This document shows, piece after piece, positions 13,437-23,660 of a DNA stretch of 64,000 bases. The translations under genes and the position numbers were made by a program. A model generated the notes under the pieces. The model was given only the letters and a program-made list of their open reading frames with translations, was not told the origin of the DNA and ran no database searches. Origin of the DNA: Octopus vulgaris (taxonomy: Eukaryota); the NCBI GenBank assembly GCA_951406725.2, contig OX597820.1, forward strand, positions 74,152,001 to 74,216,000, in the 5' to 3' direction. Within the stretch, counting starts at the first letter, position 1; each line of letters opens with the position of its first letter.

Positions 13437-13520
13437 GTGTGAGAAAATGGTTAAACAATAGTTAATTTAGGTAAGATCTCTATTTCACATCTTATCTAAG
13501 TTAACTATTTCTTAACACCA

Positions 13521-13566
13521 TCTCCGATGAAGGGATATAATAAATATCCTGGAAACAGCTGTAAGA
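13521..13566 (+). ncRNA. Minimal type I hammerhead-like motif (U4C core)
   Basis: tct-CCGATGA-a-gggatat-aataa-atatcct-g-GAAAC-agct-GTA-aga. Confidence 0.65.
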
Positions 13567-13758
13567 CCTTCTATATATAAATGTTGTAAAATCTTCACTG
13601 CCTTGGTTTTTTTATTCTCATTCTGAAAATTTTTTTTTATATATACACATCCTTATTCGCATAATCACAAAACCTGGAGCTTAATTATGTTGTATCCACA
13701 GCACTTCCCCAGCATTACCGGATACCTTAAGTTTTATTGATACCATTACTTCTCATAA

Positions 13759-13820
<62 letters not shown>

Positions 13821-13823
<3 letters not shown>

Positions 13824-13851
13824 GGGTCGGACAAAATAATGGAAACACCTA
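13821..13851 (+). mobile_element. Solo Tc1-like terminal inverted repeat
   Basis: TA|caggggtcggacaaaataatggaaacacct between (TA)n tracts; resembles Tc1-family TIRs. Confidence 0.45.
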
Positions 13852-13860
13852 GCATTGTAG

Positions 13861-13923
<63 letters not shown>

Positions 13924-13926
<3 letters not shown>

Positions 13927-14438
13927 GGTGCCCCCAACAAAAAGAACCCATAAAACTTTCAATAAACCTGTTTGAATAAAACGACATGGAGGGATAGATC
14001 AGATGAAACAGTAGTTACAGTAAGACGGGGCCAGCCCTCCTGCATCAAATGATCCCCTAGCGTGGATGAGAGAGAGTAATATCATGAGAGACTGATCAGC
14101 AGGAAGTGTGACGTTGAGTGGTCACCGCATCCACCGGGCTTATATCCCTCCATCCTGATATTTATCTCTCGCGCTATTTCAAGTATAATGTTTATCAGAA
14201 CAACCCTCAAACGACTGGTGAGAACTGGAGGCAACAATCACAGCAGAAATCAGAGAAATCCCCAAAGAAGAATATGTTCGGGTAATTGACAATTTTGCGT
14301 GACGTATGCAAGTGTTTGCGCGACGTGTACCATTTAGAACATACTTTGAAACGAACATGACTTATACGTAAAGGGAATGATCGTACACAGACCGAAGTTT
14401 AAGTCCTTTGTAGGTTTTGTCTTTTTGGTGTCACCCTG
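13924..14438 (+). mobile_element. Tc1/mariner-superfamily remnant (maT/rosa-like), internally deleted
   Basis: TIRs cagggtg.../...caccctg flanked by TA. Degenerate transposase text: Q*DGA, RLISRKCDVEWSPHPPGL, YFKYNVYQNNPQT, EIREIPKEEYVRVIDNF. Confidence 0.8.
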
Positions 14439-14591
14439 TATATATTTTCTCTCTCTGTGTATTTCTGTGTTCCTTTTTGTCGAAGAGCATAGGCTCGAAT
14501 CATAAAAGACTTTCTCACTTCGCGAGCGTTAAACTAATACACCTGTTTGTTGGTTACACACCCATCTTCGTGTTTTATTTTTAAAAAATTC

Positions 14592-14661
<70 letters not shown>

Positions 14662-14747
14662 TATGTGACCTCGTGAAGACTACCTGCAATTTTTTTCCTC
14701 TATCAGTATGACCCGTCCTCCCGTCTTGGGATCTTTCTTTCTCCTAT

Positions 14748-14782
14748 GTTTCCGACGAAGAGCTCCGCTCGAAACGTCATAC
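14748..14782 (+). ncRNA. Ultra-minimal hammerhead-like motif
   Basis: gttt-CCGACGA-a-gagc-tcc-gctc-GAAAC-GTC-atac; inside a short element (about 14660-14880) bounded by (TA)n. Confidence 0.6.
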
Positions 14783-14876
14783 CCTCCTTCTTCCATTTTC
14801 CTGAGCGCCTAATAATAATAATAATACTGTAATTGTTCCACATGTTGTTGTTTTTTCTGTTTTCCCGTTTGGATTA

Positions 14877-14957
<81 letters not shown>

Positions 14958-15044
14958 AAAGTTTACGAAAATAAACAAAAGACGATGGCAGGTGGAGTAC
15001 AAACAAACTAATGTATTAGTATAGCGCTCAGAAATAGAAAAATT

Positions 15045-15080
15045 CTTTTACGTTTCGAGCCTACGCTCTTCGACAGAAAG
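15045..15080 (-). ncRNA. Ultra-minimal hammerhead-like motif (variant core)
   Basis: Minus strand: cttt-CTGTCGA-a-gagc-gtag-gctc-GAAAC-GTA-aaag. The element (about 14955-15110) is bounded by (TA)n; a decayed plus-strand relative lies at 14473-14508. Confidence 0.55.
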
Positions 15081-15323
15081 ATACACAAAAAAAAAAACAA
15101 GGAGAGAAACATATATATAAGTTCAGCAAAATTTAGATTCAAATGAATATGGTACTTAAGTCAGATGCACCAGAATTTTGTACGGTGTTATCCATATGAA
15201 TCCATGGGGTGATTATAATCAAAGTAAGCAACAAGAATATTTTCGGTAATTTGGTACGATCGTTTCACGCTACATCATTTTATTAAACATTGTAAATATT
15301 ACATCACTTTTAAAATTTTGGAA

Positions 15324-15407
15324 TGGCTGATGATTGTTCAACATTTTAAAACTGATGTAATATTTACAATGTTTAATAAAATGATGTAGCGTGAAACGAT
15401 CGTACCA
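15324..15407 (+). ncRNA. Type I hammerhead motif with canonical core and long stem II
   Basis: tgg-CTGATGA-(about 59 nt folding as tgttcaacatttta/taaaatgatgtagcg plus an inner hairpin)-GAAAC-gatc-GTA-cca. Confidence 0.65.
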
Positions 15408-15439
15408 ATTTACCGAATATATTCTTGTTGCTTACTTTG

Positions 15440-15485
<46 letters not shown>

Positions 15486-15633
15486 TTCACACACATATAT
15501 TAATATATAATGAATATATACGCACATTTGTGTGTGTGTGTGTGTTTATGTTCCTGTATCAAACATTAATTAGATGATCAAAATGTGGATTTACATTGTT
15601 TCTAAGCCAGCTTACTCATTGAAGAGTATTGAT

Positions 15634-15724
<91 letters not shown>

Positions 15725-15742
15725 ACTGCTGCTGCTGCTGCT
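15634..15742. repeat. (CTA)n-(CTG)n compound microsatellite
   Basis: Seen directly. Confidence 0.95.
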
Positions 15743-15960
15743 ATACATAGTGTTACCGACATAACAATACGTTTGCCATTTTGCCAGTTGTTCTTGATAA
15801 GTAAAGGTAATTTCCATAGAAGTATGACTCACACACAAACACACACACATATGTCTGTGTCTTTGTGTGTATGAATGCACACATATATATGTGTATATAT
15901 TTGTTTGTGTGTGTATGTTTGTATATATATATACGCACATTTTACATATTACATATACAT

Positions 15961-16008
<48 letters not shown>

Positions 16009-16330
16009 GTGTATATGTACACATTTTTATTCATTATATATACATATACATATATACATGTGTGTATGAATATATACATATATCTCTGTATATATATATA
16101 CACAAAGAGACAGACAGATAAATAGAAATATATGTATATACATATGTGTGTCTGCCTATAGGCGTGTGTTTGTGTGAGCATGTAAGAATGCATGTATATG
16201 GTCTGTGAAGGTATACATATACATATTTATACACACATATATATTTCTCCTCTACCTCGTCAAGTTTAAATCTCTTGTGTACTACGAAGTGCATTCTATA
16301 CGGAGAATATCTGTCTCTCATCTATTATCT

Positions 16331-16390
<60 letters not shown>

Positions 16391-16696
16391 ACCTATCTCA
16401 CATGTTCACCATAAAGAACAATTTACTTCATTTGCATATTTAGCAACAGACCTGTCGTATCTACCTTCGCTTCCTCTAGACAGAATAGCTTTATCTCGCC
16501 AATTCCATCTCTGCATTTCTATTAAATAAACTGATTGAATATAAAAGCGACTGGAACACACTTGACACTTTTATCGAATTGGTCTTCTGAAGTCGTTAAG
16601 AAAATGGTCAGCTCAGAATTAAATTCCTGTGTTCCTTTACCAATCTTTTATCTTTTACTTGTTTCAGTCATTGGACTGTGTGGTCAAGCTGAGGAA

Positions 16697-17245
16697 CAGA
16701 GCCGTCGCTAAAACCAAAGCATGTTGATGAGTCATCTATTTACTTTGGTTAAGATGGTGAACAAGAATTAAACGATCCATGTTAACTGAAAAGTTCAAGA
16801 AATAAAATGGTAATACATTGTATCAGCAAAAGTTCTTGTAAAAATATTACATCGTACTACGAACGCATACCAGACTTTGCGGATTGTCTATGATATCTAT
16901 TGAACACGAACTTAGCTCTCAGCTTCCTTATTCTGAACTGATCGATGATTTCGGGTAGGGAAACGTGCGCCATGTTTGTCTTTGAAAGTTGCCTGGATTA
17001 CAAAAATGCTCTTTTATTCATTCATATCTGGAGTTTTACCTATTGGAATTTGTAATAGACCTAAATGAATTTAACTTGTACTTTTAAAGATGTTCTTTAG
17101 GATAACGTGAGATATTGAACTTCAGATAGAATAAAGTAAAATATAGCTTTGAATAAAAGGTGCATAGATTATGAATTTTGATTGAAGGAATGAAGTCTAA
17201 AACAAAAAGTTGCAGGGAGCCTCTAACAGTCACGCGACGGAGCTG
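16697..17245 (+). mobile_element. Internally deleted hAT transposon (Tip100/Blackjack-like)
   Basis: TIRs cagagccgtcgc / gcgacggagctg and imperfect 8-bp TSD ctgaggaa / ctaaggac. It retains the hAT C-terminal peptide GLSMISIEHELSSQLPYSELIDDF. Confidence 0.7.
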
Positions 17246-17275
17246 CTAAGGACAACACCTTAACATCTTTAGTCT

Positions 17276-17813
17276 AACGGTTCTCAACCGGGTTTTATAT
17301 GGCACTCGTGGGACCATACAAGGTATTGTTGTTAAAATTGGTGCAACAGATTTGTTATATTTCTTCAATACACAAAATATTTTAACAATTCCAAACAAAA
17401 TTTTATTCTTTTATTTGTTTCAGTCATTTGAGTGCAGCCATGCTGGTGCAGCGCCTTTAGTCGAACTAATCGACCCCAGAACTTATTCTTTGTAAGTCTA
17501 CTACTTATTTTATCGGTCTCTTTTGCCGAACCGTTAAGTTACGGGTACGTAAGGACACCAGCATCGGTTGTCAAGCGATGTTGGGGGGGGGGGACAAACA
17601 CAGACACACATAAATATATACAGATATATATATATATGTATATATATATACATATATATACATATGCATATATATATATACATATATATATACATATATA
17701 TATATATATACACACATATATATATACATATATATACATATATATACATTTATATATATATATACATATGTATATATATGCATATATATATATATATATA
17801 TATGCATATATAT

Positions 17814-17863
<50 letters not shown>

Positions 17864-18136
17864 GTATAACGGGCTTCTTTCAGTTTCCGTCTACCAAAAT
17901 CCACTCACAAGGCTTTGGTCGGCCCGAGGCTATTGTAGAAGACACTTGACCAAGATGCCACGTAGTGGGACTGAACCCGGAACCATGTGGTTGGGAAGCA
18001 AGCTTCTTACCACATAGCCACTCCAATTATAAAAAGATAATAGGTTTTTTTGTAAACATCGGGTGCCTATTAGGGTCGACTCGGGTAAAATAGAAATCGA
18101 AGGTGTCCTAAGGCAAAAATTATTTGAGAACTACTT
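17276..18136. mobile_element. hAT (Charlie/MER5-like) MITE interrupted by a SINE
   Basis: Ends ggttctcaacc ... ttgagaactac; degenerate. Confidence 0.45.
17405..18024 (-). mobile_element. SINE family B, full length, with ~250-bp internal (TA/CA)n expansion
   Basis: Minus strand head ggagtggctatgtggtaagaagcttgcttcccaaccacatggttccgggttcagtccc (A/B boxes), then CORE-like cttggtcaagtgtctt, a microsatellite and the tail. Further copies or fragments at about 7622, 13063, 25262, 28545, 28986, 29860, 30245, 32518, 39941, 43085, 45068, 46577, 49205 and 62900. Confidence 0.9.
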
Positions 18137-18190
18137 AGTCGAAGAAATCGATCTTAGTCCTTAGTTTTTGAATTTGACCCTTAATTTTAA

Positions 18191-18231
<41 letters not shown>

Positions 18232-18559
18232 ACACTCAAACACACACACTATCATTTACTGGAATCTACTTAAACCATTAGGTCAACTCAACATAGACGT
18301 ACGTATAAACCTTATGTGTTTGGGCAAGGTCTATCGAATTTTGAGTAAATGTGTAAGAGACCCAACGCTGGATATGGATGGAATAAAGAATACTATACGT
18401 ATGATGACATTTTCGATAATGTGATGGGTTCTCTCATCGATTCTGATCGATAAATATCTGGCTATTTGATCAAATGAACAACTCATTTTAATTATCCTGT
18501 GAAGTGTGTGAGAATTCTATACACACGTATACCCTGAACGTAATTCGTTGATAGAATTA

Positions 18560-19365
18560 AGCGGCGAGCTGGCAGAATCGTTAGCATGCCGGGTAAAATG
18601 CTTAGTAGTATTTCTTCTGATTCTACGTTCTGCGTTCAAATTCCGCCGAGGTAGCGGCAGACGAAATGCCTATTTCTTTACTACCCACAAGGGGCTAAAC
18701 ACAGAGAGGACAAACAAGGACAGACAAAGGGATTAAGTCGATTATATCGACACCAGTGCGTTACTGGTACTTATTTAATCGACCCCAAATGGATGAAAGG
18801 CAAAGTCGACCTCGGCGGAATTTGAACATAGAACATAGCAGCAGACGAAATACCGCTAAGCATTTCGCCCGGCGTGCTAACGTTTCTGCCACCTCACCAC
18901 CTTAAAAAAAAAAAACCCCAAAAAACAAAAAAAAAAAAAACAAGATATTCCTTTCTACTCTATGGACAAGGCCCCAAAATTTTGGAGTGGGGGCCAGTCG
19001 ATTAGATCGACCTCAGTACACAACTGGTACTTAATTTATCGATGCCGAAAGAATGAAAGGCAAAGTCGACCTCGTCGGAATTTAGATGAGAATAAATTAT
19101 TTACTGATTTGTTAAAATTGTTTATGAAAAATAAAGATTAAAATAAATGGTAAAAAAAATTGGGTTCCAAATTTTGACACAACTTTTGGGAGGATGCAAA
19201 TTAATTACATTGACCCCAGTGTTCAACTGGTACTTATTTTATCGACCACGAAATAATGACAGGCAAAGTCGACCTCGGCGGAATTTGAACACAGAACGTA
19301 AGGGCGAACCAAATGCCTCTAAATATTTCGGCCGCTGGGCTAACGATTCTGTTAGTTTACTGCCT
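18560..19365. mobile_element. Cluster of SINE family A copies in both orientations
   Basis: A plus-strand 5' half at 18560-18655 abuts a full minus copy at 18655-18902; further minus fragments lie at 18950-19085 and 19200-19365. Confidence 0.8.
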
Positions 19366-20333
19366 TAATGCTTGTTCTCGTATTATAATTCCATCGGTAC
19401 GAGCGTTATAAGCCTCCCTCCAAAATGTTTATCAATAATAGCGATTAATATTTAATACGCACAGCTCGTAACATTTAGCTGGCACATAGAGTGTAAGCTA
19501 AAATGGAGATAAATACATTTAATTTGTCGAGTTCTATTTTGGGTTCATATGTATATTTGGTAACATTCATCCTATACAATGTGTTATAATCGATAGACTT
19601 GGGATGCGGTTTCCGGTGAGTTCGGCTGCACATGTTGTTTATAAATGCTTCGAAACACAATATAGAACAATTGTAGACACAAAGCATTAACCTTATTGAG
19701 TACATATCGATTTGTAACTTAAGTGTGGAATAAGCACAAAATAAATTACAAAAGAAAACGATTGCTTGTAGGAGACAGTAAGGGTTGGCACGTTGTTAGC
19801 CATGACGGAAAGAAGGAGGGAAAAAGGCAAGAAAGCATAATAGACGGACGCGAAAAGGAGAAGGTAAATACAAAGCATGTAAAGAAGTGTGAGGAAGCGA
19901 ACTGGTTGAGTATTCCAGAGACATGTTTAACTTTCATGCACTTTACAAGTAGGATACGCGCACGATAAATAAGAGGAGGATTAACCTTTAAAGTACGAGC
20001 AAAATGCCAAGCTTTTACAAAAGTTCTGGACATCCAAATGCACCCACAGAATAAATTTAGTAGATAATTTAAACAGGACGCCACGCAGTGAGATCGAACC
20101 CAGGAACTCATGATTGCTCTCACTCTCTCTATCTTTCTCTCTCTCTCTCCATATATATATATGTAGTAGTATCAGGGTAATAAAAAATTGTGGTTTGGAT
20201 TTTAGCTGTTCTTTCTAGCGTGCAAGGAATCCTATGACGGATACCTCTTATGTGTTTCAATCTACACTGTATATATATATATATATATAAATATCTGTAT
20301 ACATATGTATTGTTGTGTGTACATATATATACA

Positions 20334-20379
<46 letters not shown>

Positions 20380-20472
20380 ATAATAAAAGGGTAAAATCAA
20401 TTAATTATTAATTAATTTTACCAAGTAGTATTCAGTATGTAAGAAGACCATTTACGGTATATTTAAAACATT

Positions 20473-21323
20473 ACGTTATATAATTAGGGTTCAGTAAAAT
20501 AATTTACTTAACCACACACCGAACTTTTAGAAATAGCAGCCAAAAAATCTTAGCTATTTCTTCTACTATAAGAAAAATCTCCCAGACAATGTATATTCAA
20601 AAATATTTCACGCAGGTATGGAGGGAAAAATAACAAAAGATCTCATGTACATAAGATTACTCGAGAACGTACGTTTCTAGATTAGTTGAATTTAAAGATC
20701 AACATTTCCTTCGTCAGTTCAAAGATTTCTTAGATTTGGATTTGAGAGCACTAAAAATCGAACATACCCGTCTGATATAAGTAATCCGAGACAAACCATC
20801 TTCGACCGCCAGTACCAACGAATTCAAAAAGTACAAGTGAGGCCTTGCATTCCTCCCGGTTCCACCCACGTGAGTTATAGAGTAAAAAAATTCCTACAGA
20901 GAGAACTGTAGTTAAATATTAGGGAGAGAGAATTATATTATCAATAATAAAAGGCCTCACTTGTACTTTTTGAATTCGTTGGTACTGGCGGTCGAAGATG
21001 GTTTGTCTGGGATTACTCATATCAGACGGGTATGTTCGATTTTTAGTGCTCTCAAATCCAAATCTAAGAAATCTTTGAACTGACGAAGGAAATGTTGATC
21101 TTTAAATTCAACTAATCTAGAAACGTACGTTCTCGTGTAATCTTATGTACATGAGATCTTTTGTTATTTTTCCCTCCATACCTGCGTGAAATATTTTTGA
21201 ATATACATTGTCTGGGAGATTTTTCTTATAGTAGAAGAAATAGCTAAGATTTTGGGGCTGCTATTTCTAAAAGTTCGGTGTGTGGTTAAGTAAATTATTT
21301 TACTGAACCCTAATTATACAACG

Positions 21324-21324
<1 letters not shown>
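20473..21324. repeat. Near-perfect ~374-bp inverted repeat (fold-back PLE-like element) between (TA)n tracts
   Basis: Arms 20473-20846 and 20951-21324 are reverse complements with only a few differences; 104-bp spacer. Confidence 0.9.
21075..21135 (+). ncRNA. Type I hammerhead motif (mirror copy on minus strand at 20661-20722)
   Basis: CTGACGA-agga.aat.gttga...tcaac.taa.tcta-GAAAC-gtac-GTT; canonical core, palindromic loop III, weak stem I. Confidence 0.55.
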
Positions 21325-21384
<60 letters not shown>

Positions 21385-21401
21385 CACACATATATGCATT
21401 G

Positions 21402-21822
21402 TTGTGACCCTCTTCGAACATGGATGACCATGGGATTGCACCTAGAAAGTTACCCTCCGAGGCACATGGCTGGGCAAGGTTATTTATGGAAGGCCAGCAG
21501 TCGCCCAAGCATACCAGCCTCCCATATCCACACCACCAAGGGAAATGCAAAGGCCGATACAGCATGGCACCAGTGACGTCGCAGTTCATTTATTAACATG
21601 CAAGTGGCTGAGCACTGCACAGACACGTGTACCCTTAACGTAGTTCTCGGGGAGATTCAGCGTGACAGAGAATATGACAAGGGTGGCGCTAGAATAGAAA
21701 CAGGAAGAAAGAATGAGAGAAAGTTGTGGTGAAAGAGTAGAGCAGGGTTCACCACCACCCCGTGCCGGAGCCTCGTGGAGCTCTAGGTGTTTTCGCTCAA
21801 TAAACACTCACAATGCCTGGTC
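21402..21822 (-). mobile_element. Chimeric SINE fragments (RTE-associated tail plus family C body)
   Basis: 21592-21822 aligns with family C copies; 21402-21590 is a distinct repeat-like segment. Confidence 0.55.
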
Positions 21823-22799
21823 TTTATTGTCCAAAATTTGGGAGTTTGAATTTGAGCTACTTGTTCCCTCGCAATTTCGCCGATCACGGATAACATCAGG
21901 TTGGTAGTTTTTTCCCCAGCCCGTCTCAGTATTTTTCTCTCTCGTACAGTGCCTTATGTACATTAGTAGTGAAGTCCTGCTTGAACTTGGATGCAAGCTG
22001 CAGTTTTGGTATTTTGTATTCCTCGCTTGTTTTTATAGTATGATAAGAGGTTGTCCGTGTAGTGGTGGTGGTTTGTTACTGTTGTGTTCGTCTTGGTTGT
22101 GTTTCTTCTCATTCAGTCTCTTCGCAGAAAAAACAACTTTTCTGTGTTGTTTATACGAATATTATCATTTGTGCATTTTGGTTGAGTGATTTTGTTTGGT
22201 AAGGTGGCATATTTCTTTCCAATAAATGCAGCTTGTTGGCGTAATTGATTTGTGGAAAACAATTGAGAACGTTGAGTATTTCTTATCCTAATATTCTTTA
22301 AGTCTCTTCCTGGAGCCAATCGAGGGATCTTCCCTAGACTTTCTGTAGAATTTGTATAGGTCTTGATTCAGTTCAAAATCCACTGGAGTTTCTCTCGACA
22401 GATGTATGTAGAATAATTTTTCTACGAGGTTTGTATTTCACTTTGATTACTGCCACGATCTTTTCAAAAAAGCTGGGGTTTTTTGTACTTTCTCAAAGCC
22501 AATTCCCATTTCTTTTACCAGGTTTGTATTAATGGGAAAAGATACTGAGGATTGTATTCATTATCCAAAGGAATGAATAGTCCTCTATGCCAACATGCCT
22601 ATATTCTATGCCGTATTTTTTGCATGTATGTATGTATGTATGTATGTATGTATATGTATGTATGTATGTATGTATGCATGTATGTATGTATGTATGTGTG
22701 TACGTATGTGTGTGTGTACGTATGTATGTGTGTGTTTGTGTATACACGCCTAGAAGTTTATTAAGTTAAATAGTGTTTAATTGAGATAGAATCAGATAC

Positions 22800-23660
22800 T
22801 ATACAGAAATTGGTAAGTAAAAAGAAATAAAATGAGATAAAAGAAATGCTTTAATATACCTACAATAATAGAGACTAGTATCCCTAAAATTTATATTGAG
22901 TTGAAGAAATAATAGACCAAGAGCCAGTCCTGATTTAATTAGACTTGAAGCTCCAAAATAGTGGCAAGGCAGAATATGTGTACAAATGGTCCTAATACTA
23001 TGAAACGGGATTCTTAAGTATGCTTAGGTATGGATTAATTAATTATGAGATAATCAACTTGCGTAAAATAACTAATTTAATTAGACTTTAAGGTCCAGTA
23101 ATGAATCGAATTGAATATTACTCCTTAGACACAAGTAATACTTAAATGAAAACTTAAGAAAAAAAGCGGGTATGGAAAGACAAATTAAGAAGTTTTAATT
23201 AAACACTTAATTAGGAATTAATCAGACTTTCTGCTCCAGCGTCAATTACTTCGCAGAATTGTTCACTAGACCCAACTGAATCTATTCATATCTCTTAAGA
23301 ACCATTTTAGGTATGAATTTCTAATTTAAGAAGCATTTTCTACTAATCACTATACACTAATTAAGAGGAAACACTGTTTTCAAGCTGCGTGAAGAATGCA
23401 ACATAGAAACATGTCTTAGGCCCAGTTGACCCACTTGACATGGAAGGAAGAAATTAAGAAACATCCCAGGTATTAGAAGACAATAAGAAATCTTTAATTA
23501 GATCATTAATTAGGTCTTAATTTGACTTTCTGCTTCGGTGTAAATTCTTTCACAAAAATATTCGGCTCGTCAAACTGAATATAATCATAGTATGTAAGAA
23601 TGATAGGTATGGATCCCTAATTTAAGAAGCATTTTGACTAATTAACATATCCTCCTCTAT
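22800..23660. repeat. Degenerate ~140-150-bp tandem array
   Basis: Recurring agactt..g.tcc and ggtatg motifs at roughly 140-160-bp spacing; aatttaagaagcatttt occurs at about 23323 and 23619. Confidence 0.6.

Noticed and set aside
21830-22520. Possible LINE ORF1 remnant (also 1948-2241)
   Set aside because: The strand bias is suggestive, but there are no diagnostic motifs.
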